NCBI GenBank assembly: GCA_964439905.1
Contig: CAYTPK010000025.1
Location: 1,987-65,986, forward strand
Source: an uncultured Dehalococcoidia bacterium
Lineage (GTDB): Bacteria; Chloroflexota; Dehalococcoidia; Lucifugimonadales; GCA-2712585
Length of the DNA stretch: 64,000 nucleotides
Direction: 5' to 3'
The notes beneath the pieces are model-generated. The model saw nothing but the letters and a program-made list of their open reading frames with translations, had not been told where the DNA came from and did not search any database. The position numbers were made by a program, and so were the translations under genes. This document shows positions 19,140-29,418 of the stretch, piece by piece. Within the stretch, counting starts at the first letter, position 1, and each line of letters begins with the position of its first letter.

Positions 19140-20609
19140 ATGGCTGATTCTCAAATAAAAAGATTCCAGAATTTCATAGGCGGACGTTGGCTTGACTCCG
19201 AATATGGCAATTCCTATACCGTAAAAAATCCTGCATTTAAAAACGTAATTCTCGGAACAGCGCAAAGCTCCGAAACCATCGACGCAATAAATGCTATAGA
19301 ATCTGCACATGAAGCTCTCCCTGGATGGGCAGAAACTCCAGCACCTCAACGAGGAACAATCATTTATCGGGCTTTTGAACTCCTTCGTAACAGGCAGGCC
19401 GAATTCGCGAAAACTATTACTCAAGAGGAAGGGAAAAGCCTAACCGACGCATTAGGCGAAGTAAAAAGATCCATGAATATCATCGAATATGCCGCCGGTG
19501 AGGGACGTCGAATGTTTGGTCAGACTACGCCATCAGAATTACCTAACACTCTAGCGTACACTACCCGCCGACCCATCGGTGTAGTCTCTATTATCACTCC
19601 TTGGAATTTCCCTTTGGCTATACCTTCCTGGAAAATCGCACCAGCTCTAATCTGTGGAAATACCATAGTTTTTAAACCAGCAACCTCTACGCCGTTAAGT
19701 GGTATAAACCTCGTAAATCTATTTGAGGAAGCTGGATTACCTCCTGGTGTTTTGAATATTATTACAGGATCTGGATCGGCAATTGGGGACACTCTTGTTA
19801 CCCATCCAATGGTGAACGGGATTTCATTCACCGGCTCCACGGATACTGGATCGAGACTGTATTCAATCGGCGCGAGCAAACTTAAGAAAGTTCAATGCGA
19901 AATGGGCGGGAAGAATGCGGTCATAGTGCTCTCCGATGCCGATATAAAAAAGGCCGTTACAGCCGTCGTTTCCGGAGCATTCGGATCGACCGGACAACGG
20001 TGTACAGCGACTAGCAGGTTAATACTAGAAGAGGAAATCTACGACGACTTTATATATGCCGTGATAGAAAAAACCAGGGAGCTAAGGATCGGATATGGCC
20101 TATTGCCAGACATTGATATTGGTCCTGCATCCAGCCAAGAACAGTTAGACCAAATTCTCCGGTATATCGAACTAGGAAAAAACGAGGGCGCCACATTGGC
20201 ATACGGTGGTAATAGGATTAACGGACCTGAGTTTGACCAAGGATATTACGTTGAACCAACAATATTCACTGGTGTGACAGAAAACATGTCCATAGCACAA
20301 GAAGAGATATTCGGTCCGGTTCTTACTTGTTTTAAAGTCAAGGATTTTACCGAAGCTATAGCAATTTGCAATAACTCTCAATTCGGTCTTTCATCCTCGA
20401 TTTATACTAAAGACCTTGCCAAAGCCTTTAGTTATGTTAATCAAATACAGACTGGAATGTTGCATATCAACGGCCCTACCCTTGGCGGCGAAGTCCATCT
20501 CCCGTTCGGTGGAACCAAATCATCTGGTGTTGGAACACGAGAACAAGGAACAGAGGCTATCAACTTCTTCAGTGAAATCACTACCGTCTATGTAGATTAC
20601 ACGGGCTAG
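19140..20609 (+). CDS. NAD(P)+-dependent aldehyde dehydrogenase
   Basis: Catalytic CEMGGKN and GQRCTATSR motifs. ATG 19140 after GGAGGG is preferred over track start 19128. Confidence 0.85.
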   Translation: MADSQIKRFQNFIGGRWLDSEYGNSYTVKNPAFKNVILGTAQSSETIDAINAIESAHEALPGWAETPAPQRGTIIYRAFELLRNRQAEFAKTITQEEGKSLTDALGEVKRSMNIIEYAAGEGRRMFGQTTPSELPNTLAYTTRRPIGVVSIITPWNFPLAIPSWKIAPALICGNTIVFKPATSTPLSGINLVNLFEEAGLPPGVLNIITGSGSAIGDTLVTHPMVNGISFTGSTDTGSRLYSIGASKLKKVQCEMGGKNAVIVLSDADIKKAVTAVVSGAFGSTGQRCTATSRLILEEEIYDDFIYAVIEKTRELRIGYGLLPDIDIGPASSQEQLDQILRYIELGKNEGATLAYGGNRINGPEFDQGYYVEPTIFTGVTENMSIAQEEIFGPVLTCFKVKDFTEAIAICNNSQFGLSSSIYTKDLAKAFSYVNQIQTGMLHINGPTLGGEVHLPFGGTKSSGVGTREQGTEAINFFSEITTVYVDYTG

Positions 20610-20625
20610 GGCAATCCGGGGAATC

Positions 20626-20925
20626 ATGTGGATTGTAACAATCAATATAGACGAAACCGAAGTGTTTCGGGCTAGTCAAATCCTGTCAGATCTCCGGAAC
20701 ACGGCAGAAACTCTTTTCAACCCCATGGTGACGGTTGGCTTTTGGGATAAACAAGATGGGGATAAACACCTCTGCCCTGTTCCAATGAACCCAGAAACTT
20801 GTTCGTATAGCTTATCATGCAGACGAGAAGGACTATCGCAATATCGCCAAGTTATGATAACGGAATACAATGCCAGCCTTGAGGTAATTTTCACACACTG
20901 TACACTTCATCTATTTATGCGATGA
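20626..20925 (+). CDS. Hypothetical protein (99 aa)
   Basis: ORF only. A competing antisense ORF exists and no family is recognised. Confidence 0.25.
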   Translation: MWIVTINIDETEVFRASQILSDLRNTAETLFNPMVTVGFWDKQDGDKHLCPVPMNPETCSYSLSCRREGLSQYRQVMITEYNASLEVIFTHCTLHLFMR

Positions 20926-20964
20926 CCATGTATACCATTGGCAATCCCACGAACTCAGGTCTGA

Positions 20965-21147
20965 TTAAGACTGGTATTTCCCAATTACATCTCTGACTCT
21001 CTGATCTAAGAGGTCTATCGATTTACCGCTCTCTAGCTTAGCTATACCTAAGTAGGCCTGTCGGTTTAACTCTTCCCAATCGGGATGTTTATACCACTGC
21101 TCGCGTAGATCTGAAAACAAACTTTGTATTTCTTTACGACTAAACAT
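20965..21147 (-). CDS. Hypothetical small protein (60 aa)
   Basis: ORF only. Confidence 0.3.
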   Translation of the reverse strand: MFSRKEIQSLFSDLREQWYKHPDWEELNRQAYLGIAKLESGKSIDLLDQRVRDVIGKYQS

Positions 21148-21414
21148 TTCAGATATCTCATTCCCTCATATCACAAAGTAAGATTCTCTTTAAATCTTGT
21201 CAAGTTTACGGCAGATAAACATCTGGCTCTTCGTATTTGTTCAAATGGCTTTCGTGCAATGAAACAATAAACGAATAAATCAATCTTGCGACATCGTCAA
21301 AGTACTCATTTGGACTAGATTACGTAAAAACAGATCACAAAAATTGACCTAATGTATTTTCAAAAGTTATATTGAGTGTGTTGTAGAGAAGCCATTCCAA
21401 TGTAGGAGAATCCT

Positions 21415-22527
21415 ATGTCACAGGAAAACAGACCCTCAACCTTATCCAAAAGCAAACTAGCTGAATTAAGTTCATTGTTTCAAGAACAGATCGATTCAGG
21501 CTTACACCCTGGAGCATCAATGGCTGTTTATCATAGAGGAAAGTTAGTGCTGGATATTTCTGGAGGCATTTCGAATATCTCAACAAAGACTCCTGTTAAT
21601 TCCGATACAATGTTTGTGACATTCTCATGTACCAAAGCTATCTCTGCGTTCGCGTGGCATATATTGTGGGAGCGTGGACAACTAGAACTAGGACACTTCG
21701 TCCGAGAATACTGGCCTGAATTTGGCGAAAATGGCAAGGAAATGATAAATTTTCGGCATATTCTTACGCATACCGCTGGATTCCCCCAAACACCCGATAG
21801 TCTGAACCACACAAGCGTTCTCAATTGGGACAATGTAACTAAGGCAATGGAGCAAGCCAAACTACTCTATAAACCTGGCGAAACCATCGCCTACCATTCT
21901 TGGAACATGGGATTTGTAGTCGGGGAGATAGTAAAACGAATAGATGGGCGTACCATTGGTCAATTTCTGCAAGATGAGGTCTTTAACCCCATTGAAATTC
22001 ACGATTTTCACATCGGCCTACCCCCAGGGAAAGAGGGTAGGGTCGCTACGGTTTATGGAATGGAAGGCTTTTCAGATCCTCACAAACTGGATTTTTTCAA
22101 TACTTCCGAAGCGCACCAAGCTGTCATCCCAGCGTCTAACGGAATTTCTACAGCCCGTGATCTAGCTAGATTTTATGGGATGTTATCAATGGGAGGTTCT
22201 TTAGATGGGGTCGACATCATGAGGCCTGGAGTCATCAAAGGTGCTGCCGTTCAACAAGTAGAAGGCTTGGATAAGGCAGCTAATTACCCAAGGTGGGTGA
22301 AATTAGGCCTAGGTTGGGCCATAGACGATCCCACTATGGGAGCACCTTTGGGAGAAGGCAGATTTGATCACTCAGTTGGACATGGCGGTTTAGGTAGTTG
22401 CGTAGGATGGATGGACATTAATCACAAGCTAGGCGTTGCCATTCTAACCAATGGAGTCAGAGACCCAGAATCGAATGCTAAACGGCTTGGGTCACTCTCC
22501 GATGCTGTAAAAGCATGTTTAGGCTAA
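21415..22527 (+). CDS. Serine hydrolase (beta-lactamase/esterase class C-like family)
   Basis: SxxK motif FSCTKAI, 370 aa, RBS AGGAG. Confidence 0.75.
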   Translation: MSQENRPSTLSKSKLAELSSLFQEQIDSGLHPGASMAVYHRGKLVLDISGGISNISTKTPVNSDTMFVTFSCTKAISAFAWHILWERGQLELGHFVREYWPEFGENGKEMINFRHILTHTAGFPQTPDSLNHTSVLNWDNVTKAMEQAKLLYKPGETIAYHSWNMGFVVGEIVKRIDGRTIGQFLQDEVFNPIEIHDFHIGLPPGKEGRVATVYGMEGFSDPHKLDFFNTSEAHQAVIPASNGISTARDLARFYGMLSMGGSLDGVDIMRPGVIKGAAVQQVEGLDKAANYPRWVKLGLGWAIDDPTMGAPLGEGRFDHSVGHGGLGSCVGWMDINHKLGVAILTNGVRDPESNAKRLGSLSDAVKACLG

Positions 22528-23294
22528 ATCGGTCTTCCTCTTGCCGATGATCCGCCATCGGCAAGAATCGTTTCCCCGCTGATAAAGGAGGCCTCCTCAG
22601 ACGCCAGAAACAGAATCACATTTGCCATCTCATCTGCTCTACCAATACGTTTCATTGGATGATGTTGGACCACAATATCCAAGGCATCCTCACTTTGACT
22701 ACTACCACGAGCCTGGGGTGTATCGATGGAACCTGGTGCAACAGCGTTCACCCTGATGCCCTTAGGCGTATACTGACTGGCAAGAACAAATGTCAGATGA
22801 ATAACAGCGGCCTTACTAATAGAGTAAGGCACAGAACGCGAATATCCCTGAATTCCTGTGATTGAAGCTATATTTACTATAGAGCCACTACCATTTCTAG
22901 ACATTTCAGACAACGCATATTTACAACAGAAAAAAAGCCCCTTTAAATTAGTATTCATGATGAGGTCCCATTCTCTTTCTTCAACGTGTTCTGCCTCATC
23001 AGTTAATACCAATACCCCAGCTCCATTTACGAGAACATCTAACCTGCCAAATCTATCTACGATTGAACAGATCATGTTTTTTACCTGATCTAACTTAGAT
23101 ATATCCGCTTCAATCGCTTCAACTTGAGTGCTAATATTTCTAGCAACGTCTAAAGTTTCCTTAATCGCTCCTCTATTCCTATCGACTACCACGACTGTCG
23201 CGCCTTCTTCCAAGAATCTAAAGGTCGTGGCTCGCCCAATACCTGATGCACCGCCGGTGATCAAACAGATTTTATTTTTTAATCTACCAGGCAT
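22524..23294 (-). CDS. Short-chain dehydrogenase/reductase (FabG-like), paralogue B
   Basis: TGGASGIG and YSISKAA motifs, 256 aa. Confidence 0.85.
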   Translation of the reverse strand: MPGRLKNKICLITGGASGIGRATTFRFLEEGATVVVVDRNRGAIKETLDVARNISTQVEAIEADISKLDQVKNMICSIVDRFGRLDVLVNGAGVLVLTDEAEHVEEREWDLIMNTNLKGLFFCCKYALSEMSRNGSGSIVNIASITGIQGYSRSVPYSISKAAVIHLTFVLASQYTPKGIRVNAVAPGSIDTPQARGSSQSEDALDIVVQHHPMKRIGRADEMANVILFLASEEASFISGETILADGGSSARGRPI

Positions 23295-23298
23295 TTGA

Positions 23299-23538
23299 TT
23301 ATGTGTTTAAAGCTCCATCAATTATTTCTCTAAAACGATCTTTTTCACTACTATAATCCTCGGGCTCTACTGGAATCGGCAAACTGTCTAATGCCGATTT
23401 TATAGGTCCGGTCAGTACACCTGCTTCCTCTGTTGTAAGATCCCACATTGCAACAATATCTCCCGGACTCCATTGAGCTATCTGCCTGAATCCATAGTCC
23501 TCTATGGCACGGTTAACAATATCTATCAGTTTATCCAT
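23299..23538 (-). CDS. Hypothetical acidic small protein (79 aa) between the two SDR paralogues
   Basis: The ORF is tightly packed between two genes on the same strand. It has a weak, unverified resemblance to LigA-subunit or NHLP-type small domains. Confidence 0.4.
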   Translation of the reverse strand: MDKLIDIVNRAIEDYGFRQIAQWSPGDIVAMWDLTTEEAGVLTGPIKSALDSLPIPVEPEDYSSEKDRFREIIDGALNT

Positions 23539-23551
23539 ATATCATCCCTCA

Positions 23552-24325
23552 CTAATAGTTTCTTCGACCAGCGTTCTGAGCTCCCCCATCCGCTATATAT
23601 GTGGATCCAGAGATATAAGAGGCTTCATCAGATGCTAGGAACAACATGACGTTAGCTAATTCCTCTGGTTTCCCTATTCTACCCATAGGATGGCGCGACA
23701 TAGAAGCTTCTATGCTTTCAGAGCTTTGGGTGCTTCCCCTAGCCTGCGGTGTATCAACTGACCCGGGAATAACGCAGTTAATTCTGATTCCCTGGCCTGT
23801 ATATTGGCCTGCAGCCACATTGGTCAAATGTTTTAATCCAGCTTTACTCACGTTATATGGTAACGATCGAGTGAATGCATCGATCGCCGCAGAAGAAGCG
23901 ACATTGATTATCGATCCTCCTCCAGTTTTGATCATATGTGGAATCGTTGCCTTCATAGTAAAAAAACTGCCTTTTAAGTTAATATCCATAATCATATTCC
24001 ATTGACGTTCTTCGACTTCTACAAGAGGGCCTGTCAACATAAGTACCGCGGCTAGATTTACTAAGATATCTACTCGTCCATATTTCTTAAGGGTCTCATC
24101 GACCATGTTTTCCACTTGGTTCCATTTAGAGACATCAACTTCTACCTGATTCACATCGGAACCATACACACGAGAAAGTTCCAGTGTTTTTGCCATTTCA
24201 GGCACATTACGGTCTGCGATCATTACCATCGCCCCTTCCTGAACGAATCGTACAGCCGTGGCTCTACCCATTCCAGTAGCTCCACCCACAATAATAGCAA
24301 CCTTGCCTTTTAGTCTGTCTCCCAT
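23552..24325 (-). CDS. Short-chain dehydrogenase/reductase (FabG-like), paralogue A
   Basis: VGGATGMG and YNVSKAG motifs, 257 aa. Confidence 0.85.
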   Translation of the reverse strand: MGDRLKGKVAIIVGGATGMGRATAVRFVQEGAMVMIADRNVPEMAKTLELSRVYGSDVNQVEVDVSKWNQVENMVDETLKKYGRVDILVNLAAVLMLTGPLVEVEERQWNMIMDINLKGSFFTMKATIPHMIKTGGGSIINVASSAAIDAFTRSLPYNVSKAGLKHLTNVAAGQYTGQGIRINCVIPGSVDTPQARGSTQSSESIEASMSRHPMGRIGKPEELANVMLFLASDEASYISGSTYIADGGAQNAGRRNY

Positions 24326-24408
24326 AGCACTCCTAGTTTCTTAATGATGGCGGTAACTGCATTATATGGTGCGACATTATGGGTCGCAAGGAGATATATT
24401 AAGATATA

Positions 24409-24900
24409 ATGCATGCTATGCTCGAAGAGCGATGTAGCACTATACGGAATTCTCTTCTTAGCCTGAACCTTAGTCTAGCAATTGCAGAAGCAACCAATTG
24501 CGGATTAATTAGTTACTTGCTCACGCGAGAACCTGGAAGCTCCCGATTTTTCTACGGTAGCATTTCCGCGTATTCCCAAAAAGCTAAAATAAGCACCCTC
24601 GGAATTCCTGAATCTTTACTTAATACCTATGGATCAGTTAGTAGCGAAATAGCCTTAGAAATGGCCTTCAGAGTCAGAGCTCTTTTTGATTCTGATCTGG
24701 GCTTAGCAGAGACAGGAATAGCAGGGCCGACTGGAGGGAATAAATCCAAACCAGTCGGCCTCTTTTATATCGCTCTATCACACAAAAATGGCGAAGACTA
24801 CTGCACGAAACACTTATTCACAGGAAACAGAGTCCAGAATAGGACTCAGTCCGCTGTTCTTTCACTCGAAATGCTCGATCTCTACCTAAGTGAGCTCTAG
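24409..24900 (+). CDS. CinA C-terminal domain / nicotinamide-nucleotide amidohydrolase PncC-like
   Basis: 163 aa with LAIAEATNCGLISYLLT and ETGIAGPTGG. Confidence 0.75.
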   Translation: MHAMLEERCSTIRNSLLSLNLSLAIAEATNCGLISYLLTREPGSSRFFYGSISAYSQKAKISTLGIPESLLNTYGSVSSEIALEMAFRVRALFDSDLGLAETGIAGPTGGNKSKPVGLFYIALSHKNGEDYCTKHLFTGNRVQNRTQSAVLSLEMLDLYLSEL

Positions 24901-24969
24901 GTTTACCCCACTTATAATTAGAAAAAATCACTGCCGCCAGCACGAAAGGGAATGGGTATCCATTTCAGA

Positions 24970-26100
24970 TCATATTGTGTGCATTGCTAATGCAGTTAGA
25001 ATTTCATCTTTTACATCTTGATCTTGTTCAATCTCAACAGCAATCTCTAATGATTGCCAGGCAATGGATCCGCCTATCTGCCCTAAAGCCCATGCAGCAT
25101 GGCTTCTTACTATCGCTTCGTTATCGCTAAGTGCTCGATTGAGAACTGGGACCGAATTCGTATCTCCAATATTGCCCAATACCACACAAAGATTCCGTTT
25201 TATCCCAGTGAGTTTGGCTCTTCTAACTGAACTGCCAGCAAACAGTGTCCTGAATTCCTCTTCATCTATATCTAAAAGTTTCTCCAAATCAAAGCCTTCA
25301 AGCACATTGGCTTGGAAACTCTCTTCGTTTGTTGTCATAACTTTCAGGTTAACAGGGCAAACTTCCTGACATATATCACACCCAAAGGCCCATTCTCCAA
25401 CGAGTGTCCTCATTGTTAACGGAATACTACCCCTATTCTCTATAGTCAAATGTGAAATACAACGTTGATTATCGAGAACATACGGGGCAACTATGGCATC
25501 AGTGGGACAGGCTTCAATACACAATGTACAAGTTCCGCAATCCTTTTTTAGGGAACTGTCGGTTTCTAGGTCTAGATCTGTTATCAATTGGCCTAAAAAA
25601 ACCCATGATCCGTGCGAGGAAGTAAGAATGTTTGTATTTTTACCAAACCATCCTACACCAGATCTTTGTGCAACTGCCCGATCTAACATGGGACCATCAT
25701 CTACATACCAACGAGCATTTACAGTACGTTCTAAGCGCTCTTCAACATTTCTTGCCAAGCTCTTTAGTTTATTTTTGATGACCTTATGATAATCTTTGCC
25801 CCAGGCATAACGAGCAATTTTGCTCCCATTATCGGGCTGCCTAAACGACTCTGAAAGATAACTGATTCCTACCGATATGATGCTCTTGGCTCCAGGCAAC
25901 AGCACATTCGGATTTGCACCTCGGCGTACTCTATTTTGCGTATACCAAGGCAATCCATCCATTAATCCTTGTTCAATTCTTTTCTCAGCCACATCCCTTG
26001 CCGCTAAAAACGGACTCGCCGAGGTTACCCGAACAATATCAAATCCAAGATCGTATGCGCATGATTTAACTAGATCAGTCAGGTTTTCATTTCTAATCAT
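24970..26100 (-). CDS. queG: tRNA epoxyqueuosine(34) reductase QueG
   Basis: Two 4Fe-4S motifs (CGTCTLCIEACP, CDICQEVCP) and C-terminal HEAT-like repeats, 376 aa. Confidence 0.85.
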   Translation of the reverse strand: MIRNENLTDLVKSCAYDLGFDIVRVTSASPFLAARDVAEKRIEQGLMDGLPWYTQNRVRRGANPNVLLPGAKSIISVGISYLSESFRQPDNGSKIARYAWGKDYHKVIKNKLKSLARNVEERLERTVNARWYVDDGPMLDRAVAQRSGVGWFGKNTNILTSSHGSWVFLGQLITDLDLETDSSLKKDCGTCTLCIEACPTDAIVAPYVLDNQRCISHLTIENRGSIPLTMRTLVGEWAFGCDICQEVCPVNLKVMTTNEESFQANVLEGFDLEKLLDIDEEEFRTLFAGSSVRRAKLTGIKRNLCVVLGNIGDTNSVPVLNRALSDNEAIVRSHAAWALGQIGGSIAWQSLEIAVEIEQDQDVKDEILTALAMHTI

Positions 26101-26508
26101 TTAGAGTGGCCTGCGTGAGCCAAATCCTTGATCTGTCTTGTGCCAAAATTGGATGGAATGTTCTCCTCTTTTCCAACAGAGAAAGACTTCTTCCCCATCT
26201 AGTACAGATGGGAAATCCACAAGCCCCAATTTTATATCTCTGATGATAATATTTTCATCATTAATAGACTTAATCGTCTCTTCAAGATCCGATCGTAACC
26301 TTTTTTCATCTTCTTCCGCTTTTTTCATCTTTGTGTCGATTGCCGAGTATCCGTTAGTCCTACCTTTACTTTTGATTTCCTCGATAGTTAACAGTACATT
26401 TTCGAGGGAATTAGTCGTACGGTCGATAATCGAGAAGCATTCTTCAAGCCATGCCAGATAACCAGAAGCTTCATCTATCGTAAATTGTCTGCGTATCATG
26501 GTTAACAC
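26101..26508 (-). CDS. DUF2203-like protein
   Basis: 135 aa with FTIDEASGYL and LVDFP...LCWKRGEHSIQFWH. Its stop abuts the queG ATG. Confidence 0.5.
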   Translation of the reverse strand: MLTMIRRQFTIDEASGYLAWLEECFSIIDRTTNSLENVLLTIEEIKSKGRTNGYSAIDTKMKKAEEDEKRLRSDLEETIKSINDENIIIRDIKLGLVDFPSVLDGEEVFLCWKRGEHSIQFWHKTDQGFGSRRPL

Positions 26509-26540
26509 TTTAGACGAATCCAGAACATTAAACTAGCACC

Positions 26541-26569
26541 TTGACAGGTTAATATTAACTCCATACCAT
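26541..26569 (+). promoter_or_regulatory. Candidate promoter of the gcv operon
   Basis: TTGACA (26541-26546), 17-nt spacer, TACCAT (26564-26569). Confidence 0.4.
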
Positions 26570-26598
26570 TCTTCCCATTCTCATCCAGGAACAAAATA

Positions 26599-27696
26599 TT
26601 GACATCATCACTTAATAGAACAGCGCTATACGACACTCACATTAAGCTTGGAGCCCGAATGGTGCCTTTTGCTGGCTTTGAAATGCCAGTTCAGTACACC
26701 AGCATACTTGAGGAGTCCAATGCAGTACGAACTACAGGTGGGCTTTTTGACGTCTCTCACATGGGAAGGATTTACCTTAGTGGACCAGATGCAACTCCTT
26801 TTTGTGACTGGATCCAAACCAATAAAATTGGGAACCTCAAAATAGGTAGGGCCCGGTATTCTCTCGTTTGCAACGAAAATGGCGGTATTATAGATGACAC
26901 AGTTACCTATCGCTTGGATACAGATCGATATCTACTTGTCGCTAACGCAGGAAACCGTCAAGCTATCAGAGATTGGCTAGATAGGTGGCAAAACGAGAAA
27001 TTTCCAAATCTGACGATAGACGATGTCACGACAAAAACCGTGATGATAGCTGTGCAAGGTCCCCAAGCAGCATCTGTGATGGACGAACTCTGTCCAGAAA
27101 CGCCCTCGAATTTGAAATTCTTTGGTAGTGGCGAAGGCAATATAAGTGATTACAAAGTTTTTTTTGGACGAACCGGATATACGGGCGAGGACGGATTTGA
27201 AGTTATATTAGAGGCAGAAAAGGGACCAGCTCTCTGGGACCAACTCACAGCCAAAGGAATGAGTTCGTGCGGTCTCGGGGCTCGAGACGTACTTCGCCTA
27301 GAAGCAGCACTGCCATTACATGGATCTGACATAGATCTTACCACCAACCCCCTCGAAGCGGGATTAGGAAGGTTTGTTAAACTGGATAAGGACTTCGTGG
27401 GCGTAGAATTACTACGAAAACAACATGAAACGGGAACTGAGCGGAAATTAGTTGGACTCCTACCAGTTGGTAGAAGTATTCCACGCCACGATCATCTTAT
27501 AAAAAATAACGAGACCCCTGTCGGGAAAATAACGAGTGGCGGCTATTCTCCCACTCTTGACAGGAACATAGCCTTAGGCTATGATTCACAAGATTTTGCT
27601 TCTGTTGATCAACACTTAAACATCGATATCAGAGGGCGACTTACCGATGCCGTAGTTACGACTTTACCTTTTTATACGAGGAAGAAGAAAGAATGA
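26599..27696 (+). CDS. gcvT: Glycine cleavage system aminomethyltransferase (T protein)
   Basis: TTG start, 365 aa, with RTALYDTHIKLGARMVPFAGFEMPVQY. Confidence 0.9.
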   Translation: MTSSLNRTALYDTHIKLGARMVPFAGFEMPVQYTSILEESNAVRTTGGLFDVSHMGRIYLSGPDATPFCDWIQTNKIGNLKIGRARYSLVCNENGGIIDDTVTYRLDTDRYLLVANAGNRQAIRDWLDRWQNEKFPNLTIDDVTTKTVMIAVQGPQAASVMDELCPETPSNLKFFGSGEGNISDYKVFFGRTGYTGEDGFEVILEAEKGPALWDQLTAKGMSSCGLGARDVLRLEAALPLHGSDIDLTTNPLEAGLGRFVKLDKDFVGVELLRKQHETGTERKLVGLLPVGRSIPRHDHLIKNNETPVGKITSGGYSPTLDRNIALGYDSQDFASVDQHLNIDIRGRLTDAVVTTLPFYTRKKKE

Positions 27697-28082
27697 ATCC
27701 TAGCGACAGAAGATACTCGAAAGACCATGAATGGGCTCTAATCGTCGGTAACGAAGTAATAGTAGGAATTACCGATTTCGCGCAAGAACAACTTGGTGAT
27801 ATCGTCTATGTGGATTTACCCGAAGTCGGATCTAATCTTGATCAGTCTTCGAAGTTGGGTGAGGTAGAATCAGTAAAAGCAGTATCCGATATCTTCTCTC
27901 CTATTGGGGGAGAGGTAATCGAAGTTAACCAAGCTGTAATTGATAGCCCGGAATTAGTTAACCAAGATCCTTCAGGATCTGGGTGGTTGGTGAAATTGGC
28001 TCCTACAGACGCTTCTTCAGAATTCAATTCTCTCCTGACATCAGAAGAATACGATGAACTGATTGAAAACGAGGGCCATTAA
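27693..28082 (+). CDS. gcvH: Glycine cleavage system H protein
   Basis: Lipoyl site motif ESVKAVSD. Its start overlaps the gcvT stop (ATGA). Confidence 0.9.
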   Translation: MNPSDRRYSKDHEWALIVGNEVIVGITDFAQEQLGDIVYVDLPEVGSNLDQSSKLGEVESVKAVSDIFSPIGGEVIEVNQAVIDSPELVNQDPSGSGWLVKLAPTDASSEFNSLLTSEEYDELIENEGH

Positions 28083-28083
28083 A

Positions 28084-29418
28084 GTGCCAATTCCTGACAC
28101 TCCCTTTTTCCAATCACACTACATGCCAAACACTCCTTCCCAACAACAGGAAATGTTGGACGCAATCGGCATTAGCTCAGTAGACGATTTGTTTTCAGAT
28201 ATTCCTAAAAAACATAGGCATCCTACCTTAGATATTCCTCACCCCATGTCTGAAATAGACCTAAAGCATGAACTTATGACCTTAGGCACCCAAAACAGCA
28301 ACCTCGAACAAAATGCCTGTTTTCTGGGAGCCGGTGCCTATAACCATTTTTCTCCCAGCATTGTCAAACCAATCCTGACACGGGGAGAATTCCTGACATC
28401 TTATACTCCATATCAAGCTGAAGCTAGTCAGGGAACGTTGCAGGTAGCATACGAATTCCAGTCCTTGGTATCCAATTTAATGGGCATGGATGTTGCAAAC
28501 GACGGTATGTATGACGGTGCTACCAGCTTCGCCGAAGCAGCATTAATGGCATGTAGAGTCACCAAACGCGATGAGATTTACGTGCTTGATACCATTAGTC
28601 CCGTGTACCGCGAAGTGATCGAAACCTATGCATTACCGCAAAACCTCAAAGTTCACAGCTTGCCCTCTAGCAATCCTTCACTACCTGTATCGGCAGCCTG
28701 CTTGCTAGTTCAATATCCAAATTTTTTTGGCAATATAGACGATCTGTCTCTGTACAAGAGACAAACTGAAGCTGTAGGGGCTCTTCTAACAGTATCGGCC
28801 GACCCGGTTGCTATGGGAATGTTAAAGCCTCCAGGGGAATTTGGCGCAGACATAGTGACTGGAGAAGGCCAAGGACTAGGTGTACCTATAAGCTATGGTG
28901 GACCCTATGTCGGATTGTTTTGCACCAGAAAAAAATTTATTCGCCAAATGCCTGGGAGAATTGTTGGCCGTACCAACGATAGTGATGGCAAAACAGGCTA
29001 TGTTCTAACCCTCCAAACGCGAGAGCAACACATCCGGAGGGAAAGGGCCACAAGCAACATATGCACCAGCCAAGCCTTACTAGCCCTGGCAGCAACCATC
29101 ACTATGGCCGCTCTAGGAAAAACCGGATTCCGTCAATTATCCGAGTTGAGTTACCACAAGGCCCACTATGCTGCATCTCTTATTGAAACGATTCCTGGGT
29201 TTTCACTCCCAGTTCACGGAGATTTTTTCAACGAATTCGTGGTGAAATGCCCAATAAGCCCATCCGAAATTAACAGGCACCTTCTCACTAAGGGAATAAT
29301 TGGAGGTTTGGACATCAGCTCCTCAATACCTAACTGCATGCTTATCGCCGTGACCGAGATGAATACCGCGCCCCAAATCACCGCATTAGTGGAAACGCTT
29401 TCGGAGTTTGGTTCATGA
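28084..29418 (+). CDS. gcvPA: Glycine dehydrogenase (decarboxylating) subunit 1
   Basis: YMPNTPSQQQEMLDAIGISSVDDLFSDIP. GTG 28084 follows GAGGG and the gcvH stop. ATG 28123 is an alternative. Track start 28063 overlaps gcvH. Confidence 0.88.
   Translation: MPIPDTPFFQSHYMPNTPSQQQEMLDAIGISSVDDLFSDIPKKHRHPTLDIPHPMSEIDLKHELMTLGTQNSNLEQNACFLGAGAYNHFSPSIVKPILTRGEFLTSYTPYQAEASQGTLQVAYEFQSLVSNLMGMDVANDGMYDGATSFAEAALMACRVTKRDEIYVLDTISPVYREVIETYALPQNLKVHSLPSSNPSLPVSAACLLVQYPNFFGNIDDLSLYKRQTEAVGALLTVSADPVAMGMLKPPGEFGADIVTGEGQGLGVPISYGGPYVGLFCTRKKFIRQMPGRIVGRTNDSDGKTGYVLTLQTREQHIRRERATSNICTSQALLALAATITMAALGKTGFRQLSELSYHKAHYAASLIETIPGFSLPVHGDFFNEFVVKCPISPSEINRHLLTKGIIGGLDISSSIPNCMLIAVTEMNTAPQITALVETLSEFGS

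Noticed and set aside
26509-26598. Glycine riboswitch expected upstream of gcvT.
   Set aside because: The 90-nt leader is AT-rich and holds only a promoter-like TTGACA-N17-TACCAT. None of the conserved glycine-aptamer GC-rich cores is visible.
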